A stretch of 64,000 bases of DNA, taken from assembly GCA_951406725.2 (NCBI GenBank), contig OX597816.1, forward strand, positions 99,820,001 to 99,884,000, written 5' to 3'. Below the pieces are notes generated by a model. It was not told the origin of the DNA, did not search any database, and saw only the letters and a list, made by a program, of their open reading frames with translations. The translations under genes and the position numbers were made by a program. Each line of letters opens with the position of its first letter. Within the stretch, counting starts at the first letter, position 1. This document shows positions 47,243-61,511 of this stretch, in pieces. Source of the DNA: Octopus vulgaris (lineage: Eukaryota).

Positions 47243-49033
47243 CCTCTAGCAGGCGATGGAGGTGCAAGTCGATGTCGTCCAGTGTCATGGGTCACTGAAC
47301 AGATGGTCCTGTTAAGTTGCTTGAAGTTTGGTTTGGCCCAGACTCTCAGCCGGAGAAGAATTGGAGTGAGGTGGCAGACAAGCTGGAGGCCCTAGTACGG
47401 AAGTGGTCCAGAAGGGCTCTGTCCTTGAAAGGAAGGGCAGAGGTGGTACAGGTGGTTATTGCATCTGTAATCACTTACCGCCTGACTGTTGCCCCTTGTT
47501 CCGATTCGTGGCTAAACAAGTTGGAACAACTCCTTTTCTGCTTTTTGTGGAAGGGAGTAAAGCCACTTGTAAGGTGTTCCATTTGCTGCCAGGAACCGTT
47601 AAAATGGTGGGCTAGGAATGCCTTGGCTAATGATGCACGGACATGCATTGAGGCTAAGACATCTCTGGCACCACATGGAAGGTGATAAGGTGTGGAGTCC
47701 ACTGGCAGAGGAATTCTTTCCACGACTGGCTTTTTCTGGAGAGATTTAAACCCGGTTTCATAAAAAGATGTAATCTGATTTTATGGTAGAAGGAGTGCTG
47801 ACAGGCGCTCATGCTGGTCCACAAGACGGGCAAGGCTGGCAGCAGGAATACCACCTCAGTGTTCTATAGAGTTCTGGTAGAGGCTAAAAATGATGATATC
47901 CTAGAAGGGGCTCTGGGGTTTGACGAGAACCAACTTGCCAACCTGTTTAAAAAGACTTTCAGGCCAGGATACTTGAACAATTACCAAAAATCTCTGACCT
48001 GGCAGTGCAACAGGAATGCTTTACCTGTTCACGATAAGTTATCTAGGAACAGAATGTCATTGCCACCAACATGTCCAAGATGTGGACTGGAAAATGAAAG
48101 CATCCAGCATGCTTTTGTCCAATGTTAGGAGCTATCAAACTTGATAAGTTACGTAGAACATGTGTTGTCACATCTGGGATGAGTATAGCTGCTGGTTGGA
48201 TCTATAATAAAGATGGTACCACCAACTGGACTCTCAAAGGAAGGTGAGGCTTGTTTTCACTGTAAGGTGGCAGTATTGAAAGAGTGTATATGGCAAACTA
48301 GAATGGAAGGTTTCATGACAGGGTCCTTCATCTCTGGTCCAGGTTTGATAACCTACTTCAGGTACCATCTGAAGAGCAAGATGGGGCTGGAGAGGAAGAC
48401 CTTGCCCTAGAGAGAGTATGAGAAATGTTGGAAGGATGTGATGAGAAAGGTGGGTGTCAGTAACCCAACTTAATAATCAATGAAAGGAAAAAAGATAGTT
48501 GCTGGGCCTTGCAGGTTGCCGAGTATGAAGTTTGATCTTGTTTCTTTTATTTTATTTAAAAACTAAAAAAAGGTTACCAGAAAGTCGAGTAAACTATATA
48601 AATTATATCTAAATTTTTAACGTTCATTCAAACTAATCTTAACATTTTTGTAATTGTTTCATCCTGTAATGTCCCATCTGTGTATTGATTGTATAATCAT
48701 AATAAAGAATCCACCTCTAGCAAGTGACGGAAGAACAAGTCGATATCATCCAGTGTCATGGGTCACTGAACAGATGGTCCTATTAAGTTGCTTGGAGTTT
48801 GGTTTGGCCCAGACTCGCAGACAGAGAAGAATTGGAGTGAGGCCCTAGTAACGACTTGGTCTGGAAGGGCTCTGTCCTTGAAAGGAAGAGCAGAGGTGGT
48901 ACAGGTGTTTATTGCATCTGTAATCACCTACTGCCTAACCGTTGTCCCTTGCCCTGACTTTTGGCTAAACAAGTTGGAGCGCCTCCTTTTCCGCTTTTTG
49001 TGGAAGGGAGGAAAGCCACTTGTGAGGTGCTTC
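47243..49033 (+). pseudogene. Tx1/L1-clade LINE C-terminal fragment (47243-48710) plus a second partial copy (48713-49033)
   Basis: GVWFGPD..EKNWSE, WSRRALSLKGRA, FLWKG.KP, and the zinc knuckle TCPRCGLENESIQHAFVQC; AATAAA near 48700. Confidence 0.8.
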
Positions 49034-50040
49034 CAGTGGATCATATTAACTTCATTTCTTTCAAGTCTATGCATGTCCTCAGCATTCATTGCCCATGTTT
49101 CACTGCCATGTAGCATGGCAGTTCACACACTTCCCCTGGCATGTGATGGAATTTGTTTTCTGTACATCTTCAGTATTTATTGCCCCAGTGCATCTGCCAC
49201 ACACAAAATCTATTTACTTGGTTAACCTTCTTTTGATATTGCTGCATCTTTTATGTGTCCATAGCTTACACCAGGTATATTGTATAGAGTTTCTACCCAT
49301 GCCTTTTCTACAGATCAAGCAGTGCCATCTACCTGAAGTGGGTTGCGATTTGACAGCCTTCCTACTTACTAAGACTTTGGTTTTTGCTAGGTTAACCCTA
49401 AGGCGCTTTGATTCTAGACCTTGTTTCCACACTCTAAACTTCGTCTCCATTTCAGACAGTGACTCCAATTCAGGCAGCCTGTCTTGAATTCCTCTATTAT
49501 TGCCTAGAGGACTATAATAAATAAGAGGGGGCTGGGGACTGATCCTTGGTGAACCCCAACTTCTACTCGGAATTCTTCACTATACTTGTTGCTCACCCTC
49601 ACCTTACTGACAGCATCCATGTACAGAGCTTGTACAGCTCTTACCAGCCACTCATCTATCCCCAATTTCTGCATTGACCACCAGATAAGGGATCAGAGGA
49701 TCCTGTCAAAAGCTTTCTCCAAGTCAACAAAAGCCAAGTACAAAGGTCTATATTTGGCTAAGATTTTCTCCTGCAGTTGCCTTACTAGAAATATAGCATC
49801 AGTGGTGCTTCTGCCTAGCACAAAACCAAACTGTATCTCATCTAGGCTAAATCTCTCCCTAATTAGTTGGGCTATGAAACCTTTCTGTAACTTTCATCAC
49901 CTGATCCAATAATTTGATACCCCTGTAGTTATTTCTATCTAAAGCATCACCTTTCCCCTTGTAGCAGTTGACTATGTGCTGCTACACCAGTCATTGGGTA
50001 TGACTCCTTCATGAACTACTGATTTATGATACAGGTGACA
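49034..50040 (-). pseudogene. RTE RT fragment, minus strand
   Basis: [63 protein letters not shown]. Confidence 0.85.
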
Positions 50041-50869
50041 AGATAATGACCTACATCATCATCACCATAAACTTCACAAATGTTTTTGCAGCATTTTCTC
50101 CTTGTTAAAAAAGAAAAGCATTATAAAACCAATATGAAATTTTTGGTTATCCATTTCAAATGTTAATAAAGGGTAACCAGAATGAAAGATAAATCTATTT
50201 TTAGTTAGGAACAAAGAAGAGAGCTTCTACCACACCAAGCAATGCCAAAGTTTTAATTGTCTTACATTTTAGGTGTGTTCAATGAAGCATTAAATGATTT
50301 AGCTTAAAAACTCTCAGAACTTTCCAGACAACCTAATAATTGTACCACCCAACAGAATCTGTAAAGTCAATTTTGAGTCAAGTTTTATGGAATCAAGGAC
50401 CATTTAAGTAAAGAGTTGTTGAGTGAGGTGTATCTAGGTATATGTTATGATATATGGCTTAGTAGTTAGGGTATTGCACTCATGATCATAAGATTGTGGT
50501 TTTAATTCTTGGACTGAGTGATGTGTTGTGTTCTTGAGCAAAACACTTCATTTCATGTTGCTTCAGCTCACGCAGCCAGCAAAAGTGAGTAATCCTGCAA
50601 TGGACCAGTGTCCCGGGCAAGAAGGGGATATAAATGTGTCAGAATCTGAAAAAAAAAAAACGATCTTATGAGCCAATGGCTCAGGAAGGGCATTTGATTT
50701 CCTTTTTAATGTATATGTTAAGAAGTGGGCAGCTTAGTTGATCAAGTAATTGAATGCACTTCATCAAAACTATTAAAGAAACCATCATCATCATCATCAT
50801 TATCACTGGTTGTGTTACTGTGATTATCTTTCACACTAACATTTACACCAAAGCCATTAGTTCTTAATT

Positions 50870-51315
50870 GACTGAATTGTTGTAATGTTTCTCTCCCATC
50901 GATCTTTATTTCTTAACCACCAGTTCTATATTGTGTTGCTACAGTTGTTTCCCTCCCACTGATATGTATTTCTTAACCACCACATCTAAACTAGTTGTAT
51001 TACTGCAACTGTGTTTCTCTACTTATCAGCCACTAGCTCTAATCTAATTGTGTTGCTACAGTTGTGTTTCTTTCTCGAATTTTTTTCACCCCTCTTCCAC
51101 CTGTTATTATCTGACTGTGTTGTTACAATTGTGTTCTTACTGATATTAACTCCTTTACTACTAGTTCTATATTGTCTGTGCTGCATAACTCCAGTTGTGT
51201 TTCTCTCTCATTTTCATTTCCTTACCACTAGTTTTATACAGATTGTGTTGTTACATTTTTTCTTCTCTCTCTCTCTCATATTCCTTAACCACCAGTTCTA
51301 TACTGGCTCTGTTTC
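50870..51315. repeat. Degenerate ~55-60-bp minisatellite
   Basis: Recurring TTAACCACCAGTTCTATATTGTGTTGCTACAGTTGT-like units, roughly 7-8 copies. Confidence 0.6.
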
Positions 51316-51729
51316 AGCTTTTCTATTCTTCCCTTCTTGCTGACTCGCTCAACAAGCAACTTATTTCCTGCACCATAAGTGGTCTTTTTATATATATATA
51401 TATTCTTTTAGCTTCTTTCAGTTGTTTGTCACTTTGTTTTCTTCTAAGCTACAGAAGATTTATTGATTTAAATTATTATTATTATTGTCATTGTTATTAC
51501 TATTACTATTATTACTGATATTATTACTATACAATTGTAATTCTTTTAATGATATTGTAAAATAAAATTTGATTTGAAAAATAAATTAGAACTTCTTTTT
51601 TTGTAAGTTATCATCAGTGGCATCATCATCATCACTTTTATCATTTCTGTTATTATTCATTCATTTAACTTCTGATTTATCTATGCCACATCTCTGCTCC
51701 ATTCCTCAACTTAAAGTTGCAACACTTTT

Positions 51730-53780
51730 CTCAAAATGGCAGCCGTTCCAAGTACTGCTGCTATCTGAATACTTTATAAAGAAGTTCAGTATTTGCAGCT
51801 TTTGATGCCAGAATATTGCTCTGTTTGAGATGGTCCCAAATGATTATTAACTTCATCCAATCTTTGTTGGAAAAACTCACTATGTAGGACTTTCTCTTTC
51901 CACTTGATGATCTTTTCTCTATTAATCCTCAGATTGTGCACCATTGTCCCCTCAGTGCAGCCTCATTGTCCCCTCAGTGTAACCAGCTTCCATCTTTCTC
52001 AGAACTATAGAGAGTGGTGACATATTAACAATATATAAAAGTGAGGTTGTGTGCTGTCTGTCTCCTACGATTTAGATTCCTAACTACTCCCACATTTTGC
52101 AGTGCAGTTTAACCAAAACCGGGTATCTTATAGTCGTAATTCATATCGAGCCCTTCTGGGTATTAGCACACGTCTACAATGAGTCTACGATTTAAAAAAA
52201 AAATTACCATCAATTTTTCCCATTTTTAATGCATTTTTGGCATATATAAGGGAAGTAAATCTCTAAAAATTTATTATTAAATCTCAGAACGTAAAAAGCT
52301 ACAGTAACACCCCCCTTTGTGGTTAGCCATATTGAGATGGCTATTATACTTTACATCTCTAAAAATGCTTATATAGTTATTTTCCTTACAAACCCGAGCA
52401 ACGCTGGGTGATACTGCTAGTTAACAATAAACAGAAAAGTTAACACGGAGTGTCCTTGAAAGATGCCCTTCTTGATGTCAACTTGTCCAGTTTCTCTTTC
52501 ACCTGCAGTAAGAACTTCCAGTTTTCCAAACTGTTTTTGAATAAATACATCATATTTTTAGCTGCCCCAACCATCTTCAGGCATATCAGAATCCATAAAT
52601 GAGGAACTATATCATATATCTTCTTATAGTCAATCCAAGCCATTGATATATTTGTCAACCTTCTTCAGCACTTCCTAAGAATTGACTTATCAATCAGCAG
52701 CAGATCCTTTGTTCCTCATGATCCCTTCCTGTTAATCCATTAGCAGTTCATTTCTTTCAAGATGGTTGTACAATTTCTTTCCTATTATCCAGCTTCCACA
52801 TCGTAGATAAATAAGTAGTTGCATCTTTGGGATCAGGTAACTCTGCTTCTTCCTTATTTCCTCCATCCAGAGTCTCATAGAACAGCTTCTGATTTCTTCT
52901 AAACATTTGATTTTGTTTAAACAGTAGGCATCTTTCCTCATGTCCTTTGATCTTAACTCCACTTGCTTTGCTCTTTTTTTTTAACATATATGATATAAAT
53001 AGAGTTCCCTTTTCCACCATGTTCTATTTCTAATTCATGTAATTCTGTTTTATTTTTTCATTCAGCCTCATATTTCCTCTCCTTCTTCAATCCTTCTGCT
53101 ATGTATTTATGCTTTCTTTTATTCTCCTTTTCCAGGGTGGTTCTTTGTTTCTTTGTACTTTCATTTTCTTAAGCATTCCCATCGTTTCTGTGATGACATA
53201 AAGCAGTGGCATACATCATGGAATTTAAATGAGTGACATCCTTAATTGAAATTTTCATGACAGCTTCATTCATTTTCCTGAGTTCTGATCTTAACTTTAC
53301 TCTATCACATAACTTCAAATATAGTAACCTTTTCTTTTGGTCAAGGAATTCTGTCGTGGAGAATAGCTAGTTCTTGGCTAAATTCTTCCAGTCTCACTCC
53401 CATTTTTAATCTTCTATCTTCTCTGACTACATTTTGGTCTTAATTTGCCTAATCTGATCAGCCAATCTTTGTTTAATCATATCCTTCAGCTCTTAATATG
53501 GGTAATATTTTTCCCAGAGCTCTAATACCTTTTCCCTATAACTTCTTTTCTCTAGCTAACTCCTAATATAACATTCAAACAATAATTTTTGTTCTCTTTT
53601 CCATTTTAATTTCCTTCACTGTTGTGGTTCAGCCAGTGGTTCATTGTCAAGGTACAACCAGGATTGTGCTGCTGAGCATAATACCTTCACTAAAAGCTCC
53701 AGCCTCATTGATGCCATTAAGATTACTTTTCATTTTTGACATTTCTCTCATAATTGAGGTGTTTTAAGGTTACCATGAAC
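51730..53780 (-). pseudogene. Decayed R4/Dong-like non-LTR element (N-terminal and RT regions), interrupted by a Helitron
   Basis: IKQRLADQIRQI, QNQMFRRNQKLFY, MAWIDYKKIYDIVPHLWI. Confidence 0.7.
52030..52420 (+). mobile_element. Non-autonomous Helitron sharing its 3' end with 28395..28783
   Basis: Ends ...ACAAACCCGAGCAACGCTGGGTGATACTGCTAG|T. Confidence 0.75.
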
Positions 53781-54123
53781 CAGTAATTATATCATGTTAC
53801 TATCATTAGCCAGGGTGTCAGTTAAGACACCTGAGAGGCCTGTCTGCCTTCCTTGAAGCTGGTTATCCTGTTCTGGTTACCACCACCAGTATTTATTCTT
53901 GCAACATTTAAAGACTCATAGTTGGATGCCCTTTAATAGGTTTTGCTTTTCATCCTATAAGTTATTCGACAAAAACCACCTTCCTTGCCAGAAAAGCACT
54001 TGGAAGGGTTGCCAGTTTAGTTGTTGATGACCCAAACATGAATCAGGTTGTACTGGATTACATATTACCAATAGCACTAAAAGTGATCTGACATATTACA
54101 GTTAGTATTACAATTACCAATCA

Positions 54124-54550
54124 AGGCAGTGAACTGGCAGAATCATTATTGCACTAGGCAAAATGCTTAGTGGTATTTCATCTGTCTTTGTATTCTGAGT
54201 TCAAATTCTGCCAAAGTTGACTTTATCTTTCATCCTTTCAAGGTCAATAAAATGAGTACCAGTTGAGCACTGGGGGTGATGTAGTCAACTTAGCTTGTCC
54301 TCCGAAATTGCTGGCCTTGTGCCAAAATTTGAAACCATTATTACAATTACCAATCAAGGCTAGCAGAATTGTTAGCATGCTAGACAAAATGCCTGTCAGC
54401 ATTTCTTCTATCTTAACATTCTGAGTTCAAAACTCCACTGAAATCAACTTTGCTTCTCATCCTTTCAGAGTCAATTAAATAAGTGGCAGACAAGTAATTA
54501 GGTTGATGTACACAACTTCCTCTTCTCCTCAAAAACTGCTGGCCCAGTGC
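54124..54550 (+). mobile_element. Two tandem tRNA-derived SINE copies
   Basis: B-box GAGTTCAAA in both; TATTACAATTACCAATCAAGGC is repeated at 54106 and 54339. Confidence 0.75.
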
Positions 54551-55034
54551 CCTGAACTACCAATACTGTCACTACCACTAACATTATTACTACTACTAAA
54601 ACCAATAGTATTCTTATTATCATCACAATTACTATCTCTGTTATTATCATTGTTATTATGATCATCCTCACAACTATTTAAAAATTCAATTGGAGAGATT
54701 GGGATTTCAAGGTTTCTGGTACAAGATTTCCAGTACAAAGATTTTTGTTATAGGTGGTGGGGACAGGAGTGGATGGGTACACCACCAGCAAGCAAGTTTC
54801 TAACATTGAAGAGAGAGAGAGAGAGTGAGAAAACAATCAAAAATAGAAAGGATGAGAGAGGAAAAAACAAAAAACTTAAGACTAACATGCAAGTAACTTA
54901 CTAACATTGATCAGGAAGAAGAAATAACTGTTTTCATTTGCATCTAATGAACTGCATATTGAAACAATAATCCTGGTTTAGATGTTGTTGTTGTTGTTCT
55001 TCTTCTTCTTCTTCTTCTTCTTCATCTTCTTCTA

Positions 55035-55093
<59 letters not shown>

Positions 55094-56095
55094 GGTTATC
55101 ATTATTTTCCTAGTGCATGCTAATTTAGTTAGCAGGTATTTTATCTTAAATCTCAAGAACCTTTCTTAGGGTTCTTGCAGAATATAGGATGGTAAATTTT
55201 TGCAAGTTGACAATGTGAGTTTCAATTCCAATGTCTTCCTGTCGTTAATCTAGCATTTTGGATGTTGTGCCAAGTGCACCAATTACTACAACCATAATCA
55301 TAGTCTTCCACAGTCTCTTCAGCTCTCCTACTAGATTCTGATGTTTTTCAATTTTTCAATTTGTTTGGTATTTACTCTGCTGTCATAGGGAATTGCAAAA
55401 TTTGTAATGTTATACTGTTTGTTTATTTTGTCCTCTGTAATCATATTTGGTCCCCCTGCTTCAACAGAATGGTCAGTCTTTATGGGGAAGTTGCACAAGA
55501 TCTTATGACTCTCATTGTTTATCACAGACTTTGGTTTATGTTCTTAACCACTTTTCTGTTGTTTTGAAGCCATACACACAGCTAACATTCCAATTCACTC
55601 TTTTGTTCGCAGTCATGTCTGTTTGGTTCTAGCATAGTGTACCCACTCAAATTGTGATTGATACTTTCATCTTCTTTCCTGGAGATTCTAAATTTACTGT
55701 CTGAGTTATGTCGCCATTTGGTTTTATCAGATTTGTTCTAATGTCTTGTTCCTGAATTGCTATAATTAGCCCTTTGGTTCCTCATTTCTAGTACCCATCT
55801 GTCAACCAAAGCCAACAATCTTTACGTCCAGCATCCTTGGTTTGTTGCATGAATTGGCTATGTAATTCCATTTCTTTGTTTATTCTGTTGTTCTTCCTTT
55901 TCTGTTAGAATTCTCCTACTGTTTCAGTCATTCTTTGGGCCTCTAAGGCCATGGAAAGTATCCATCACTCTGCACTACATAATTTTTCAGACCCAATATT
56001 GTAGTACCAACAGTGTCATCTATATTTAATAATCCCCTGTCACCTTTCTTGGTTGATAGAGCCAGTTGGTATTACTTTGAGGATGCAGCACATTG
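55035..56095 (-). pseudogene. R4/Dong-like C-terminus (restriction-like endonuclease) ending in (TAA)n
   Basis: KILCNFPIKTDHSVEAGGPN..FAIPYDSRVNTKQIEK resembles the ILWDFxIQTD..RPDI..DVAxPxD..KExEK RLE motif; the 3' end runs into a (TAA)n tract at 55035-55092. Confidence 0.7.
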
Positions 56096-58121
56096 TGTGT
56101 GTGTGTGTGTGTGGGTGTAGCTTTCTCATTCTTTTATCAAAGTTTTGTAGCTTGACCTTTGTCCATTTCAGAAAGGGAACTGAATAACTCAGTACTCTTT
56201 AACAACTGTCTTTTGTACTCTTTAATGACCTTCTTTTTCATTTCTTCTTCCATTACCATATTGACTTACAGATACACACACACACACACACACACACACA
56301 TTATATATAAAGTGTTTCTTTCAGGTTCCATCTACCAAATCTTCTCACAAGGCTTTGGTCAGCCAAAAGCTATAGTAGAAAACACTTCTCCAAGGTGCCA
56401 TACAGTGGAACCAAAACCTGGAACCATGTGGTTAGGAACCTAACTTCCTATCACATGATTTTATGTGTAAATGAAATCAGAAATCTGTAAATTATATTTA
56501 CAGAAATCTGTAAATATAATTATAAAGAGTTTTGCAAAGCATGAAGATTAATATTTAGTAAACTAATTTCCCAAATGTTAAATACTCTTCTGATAACTAA
56601 ATTCAGTTATGAAGCTTCAGTTTACCATATGAATTCTCAATGAAGTTAGTTTGAAATATATTTAGAATAACATTGTGCAAAATGTAATATAATTTTCTGT
56701 GAGTGACAATGGTGTTTAAATTTAGGTATCATAAAAGAAGATAGATTATAGAGCAGCTGAATTTCAAGAAGTTATTGATGCTTTGCTTTGTTTTATAGTT
56801 CTTCACTTAAGTGTTATTTAAATTAATATATACAATTTTACAGCCTACTGGAATTCCTATTGCTAATGTAATATCCAAGTTGATTGTTTTTTTTTATTCT
56901 ATGGCAAGGGTAAAAAACATCTTACCAGAAATCCATATTACTTATTATTTCTTTTTTCTCATTAGCAAAAGGAATAAAAAAATATCTTTATGCATTTATT
57001 TGATTAAATTTTCTTTCTTTTAATCAGAGTTCTTAACATGCATATATAGCTGTTATTTTGTTGTAAGCTTCCACAGTACTTGTTAATGTTTTAATCACTG
57101 TTTCCTGCATATATATATCGATGCATGAATTTCATTTAAGCAAGTGAAAATTGAGTGTACCACACTGACAAGCCTCAACAAAGCAAAACACATCTGTCAT
57201 TTTCATGAGTCATTGCAGCAACGATGTTCTTCTCTTTCCAATATATATTGCATTTCTAACACAGCAAGGCTATTAAGAGATTTTATCTCAAGACAATTAT
57301 AGAGCTTCAAGCCTTCTAATAGTTTGTATAAATTTAGTATGATACACAGATAGCGATTTTGACGTTTTTGATTACTGCTGTTTCCCTTGTGAATGTGTGT
57401 GTGCATGTGTGTGCGTGTGTGTGCTCTGCTCTTCCTTCCCTGTCTCAATGTTTCTCTCACTCTCTATGTGTAGCATTCATTTACTCATTGCTTACCACCA
57501 AGCCTAGTATGTGCATTCATACTGTACTCTGTATTTCTCTTTCAGTTTCTCTGCTCCTCCCTCTATATGATGTAAAGTATGTTGCAAGAGAAATCAAAAC
57601 ATCAAACTACATTTATATCACTTGTTATTATATCAGAGATATGTAAGGTGTTTTCCCCAACCATATTGTCTAAAATGCTGATTATTTTGGTTGATACATT
57701 GTTTTATATTCAACTTGTGCTATGGAAAAAGCACACAGTACACTCTATAAACTAGTTGGCATTAGGAAAAGTATCCAGCTATAGAAACCATACCAAAACA
57801 GACAAAAGAACCTGGTATGGCTCCTGGCCTCACTAGCTCCTGTCAAACTGTCCAATCCATGCCAGCATGGAAAATGGATGTTAAATGATGATGACAAAGA
57901 TGATGATGATGATGATGATATGTGATAAATAGCACCACTCTTACAATGACACAAAGGAAAAAAGTTTAACACAGCAAAGTTCTTCTAAATAAGAGTATAT
58001 CTGAACTGAACTTTTCCTAGATCATTGTGGATTACTAAATATTGGTATTACCAAGTGATTCATATATTCAGTTGTTAGACAAAATGCGGAATTGTATTTC
58101 TCTACTGATTTTATTTTAAAG

Positions 58122-58174
58122 CAACAAATCAAAGAATATTTCTAAGGAAGTGCCTCTTCACAATTCACCTGCAG
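58122..58174 (+). CDS. Possible small host exon (NKSKNISKEVPLHNSPA)
   Basis: CTACTGAT branch-like motif, TTTTAAAG acceptor, CAG|GTCAGA donor; open frame ending in phase 1. Confidence 0.2.
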
Positions 58175-60460
58175 GTCAGAAATAGCCAGTCAAAATACAT
58201 ATATTTATGTAGTTGTTTGACAAACTCCACAGCAGTGGCACATGTTCACATTCATCTATTATAAATGTATTTGATTTCATCCAAAGTTATCTTGACTGAT
58301 CTCTTCTGTTTGTGGGCTTGAGTCAGATAAGGGTTTTTGACAAGAATGATATATATTCTAATATTGGCTGTTAATACAATTAGATACATATCAAATTATA
58401 TTGCAATTACTGTTTGTATGATGAAGTTTGGAAGCAATGAATATATGTATTTCAATGTGTCATATATTTCCTTTTGTTTTTTTGTTTACTGTAAGTAAGA
58501 AAATAACTGGCATGGTTTGGAGAATTATAGAAATTTTTATATTACTTGAGTTGTTTAAGCAACAATTTTGCAGCTGAATGCTGTAGTTTAGACATAGTTT
58601 TTGAATTTAGATAAAGAGAGTGAGGAAATCTGAGTTACCATAATGCTAACAGATTATGACAAACTGATGTACATATTTTATAAGAAACACCTGTGTTGTA
58701 TGAATAATAAAATATATAAAAATTAATAAAACAAAGCTAGCCATGTTAGCAGAATATTTTTTAAATATTTCTGCTGCTCTAATGTTGTCACTCTTAATCC
58801 CTTAAGTATTAGCAGTGCTAGATATTAGTTTAAACTAATTTATAACAAATAACATTTCAGAACCAACAAGCTAGTTTAATTCTTGTCTGTTTAGGTTTGC
58901 AAATCAGACATTATGTTAGCAAGTGTAAAGATTAAAAAATTATATAAAAATATTAGTATTGAAAGAGTTATTTTTGACTTACTTTTCAGTTTAACACTAG
59001 ACTTATAAAATTACTAAAATATCCTCTGATATCAGCTGTAATTTCAGTAAGATAAAGAGAATAAAAATTTGTGTTATCAGTATAGTCATGGGTGTTTGGC
59101 AAATATATCAAATGTTAAGGTTTATGCCAAGATGAAGTGGTAGTTCTAATTAGAGTAATTTCATCTCTTTCAGCTTTAATCACATACTGCCTTATGCTTC
59201 ATGGTAGGAAAGTAGTTTGTCCTAAATGAAATATTGGTCAAATATTGATTGGAAAGAATTCTGTCCCAGCTTCTTGTTTTATTTATCTACAATTTTCATC
59301 TTGGAAACTTTATTTTCTATAAAGCAATTCCTATCAATTTTAATTGATTATCCTTTCCATAAAACTCAATGGAGAATTCATCTTTTTCTCTCTCCCCACT
59401 TCTTTTGGCTAAAATATTTCTTCACATATTCTCCACTCTACTTCAAAGTAAACTAATTGACATAAGGGAGGATATTCCACTATGAAATATTTTCTAAAAG
59501 ATGAGAAATTGTGTGTGTGCGTGCATGTGTGTGTGTGTGAGTAAAAGAGAGAAAGAAAGAGAGGGAGTATGTGCATGTGTAGCTATATTTATGTATCAGC
59601 TTGTACATGCATTTTAGTTTAGCTAGTAAAACATTTGGCCATAATCCAAAGCAAGTAAATCTTATTTAAAACTTGATGCATTTACTCTATTTTAGCTTTT
59701 GCTTGACTATATTTCATTATGAATATCTTAAAGTTTACTATCTCTGTTTGTACATCTGTTAGTTATGCAGGTGCAGTTATAGTGCTATAAATGTTGAAAT
59801 TGTTTATAAAATTGTTGAAAAAACTACTGCTGACTGATTACTCTGATTGTGAAGAGTTTTAACTTCGTTTATTCTTAGATATTTGTTTCCACAAACATTG
59901 CAAGAGGATATTTCTAGTTAACACAGGTTATTTCTCCCAGCCTTGTCTTTTGTTTTCATTATGAATATTTGTTCATAACTCTTCTAAACCTTCTCAGCAA
60001 GATCTTTGATATAGCCAATAACTATAGCAACCCAGTGCTTGAAATAAAGAGTTCTATCCCAACCAAAGTATGTCTACAGAAGTAACACCTAAGAATCAAC
60101 GAATAGCCTTCTCAAAATAAAATCAAAAGAGTGACCAAATGATAAATTCAATCTCAAACATTTGTAATCATATATCTAGTACAAAAAACTCATCTCAGAA
60201 ATATAGACATACAACAGAAAATTATGATCTAAATGGTACTGACCCTTAAAATCCTTTTGTATTAAAACTACCTATATAAAGATTTTCTCATTATGTTATG
60301 TATCTAAGGTAAATCATTTTGGTGGAACTCTTCCATCAAAGAAGTTGTATTTTTAGGTGCAGTTGAGCTTAGCAAAGGAAGCTGATGAAAACATGTCAAT
60401 TTTGTTACTACTGCAGCTTGCAGTTGTAAGTTGCTTCTGTATGTTGTGCCTATTTTACAG

Positions 60461-60501
60461 ATGAGCAAACTGGGCCATTTGAGAATGAAATTTCTGTATG
60501 A
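60461..60501 (+). CDS. Possible terminal host exon (DEQTGPFENEISV*)
   Basis: TATTTTACAG acceptor, phase-compatible with the 58122 exon, double stop TGA TAG, followed by AT-rich UTR-like sequence. Confidence 0.25.
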
Positions 60502-61511
60502 TAGACACTAGTAACTGCAGGATATGAATCATTAAGAGTTTGGCTGATGCAGCCAAACTCTGGTATTGTTAACCATGAAGCTCACAAGAGCTGCAGATGT
60601 TTGACTACTGTTACTACTTTAAATTCCATTTTGTAGCTGAAAATTCTCAAAATAATGTTTAAAAAAGAGACCTGTATACAAAATATTATTTATTTCTACT
60701 TTTCATGTATGTTATGTCTGTTGAATATATTTTTCCACCAAAGCAATAACCTATTCTTAGATTACTATTTTTAAAAATTTTGCTTCATGGAAAAATTATT
60801 GTGAGAGAAAGAAAAATGAAAAACATTGTGCTGTTTTGCTTCTCTGTTTGTTCCTTATTCTTTTATCTATTTATATATAGTATCATAACTGTTTTCAAGT
60901 GCACCACTTAGTCTGATTTTTCTCAAAAACAGAAAAAGAATCTCAGTGTATAACAATGACCTGTCTCGAAGTGTTCTCTCATGAAGAGATGCAGCAAAAT
61001 TTCATTGAAATTGTTTACCTCCATTATATAGTTTTATGTTGACTACATAACACACCCTCTCTTTCTCTCTCACACACACACACACACATGCACATGCTTA
61101 CATACATATACGTATATATATATATATTTTTTTTTCATTCAGAAGCTGAGGCCAAGAAGGTCTTGGAATGTTAATGGATTTAGGAATGTTTTTGACCAAA
61201 CTAAACATAAAAGACTAATAAGGGAATATGAGACACTTGTCATAAAAAGATAGGAGTTAAAAGAATATGCATCTTAAAAATGACAGGCTTGAAAGAAAAA
61301 CTGTCACCTAAATGTGTGTGTGTGTTTGTGCACTTACGTATATGTGTCTATATATGTATAATTATATACATTTATATGTATGTCTTTATAAAAACCGTAT
61401 TATTTATGGGAAGACCCAATATATATATGTGTGTGTACATATATCTATATAAGTATATATATATATCTATATATATATACACTTACATAGATATATCTAT
61501 ACAAATCTATA

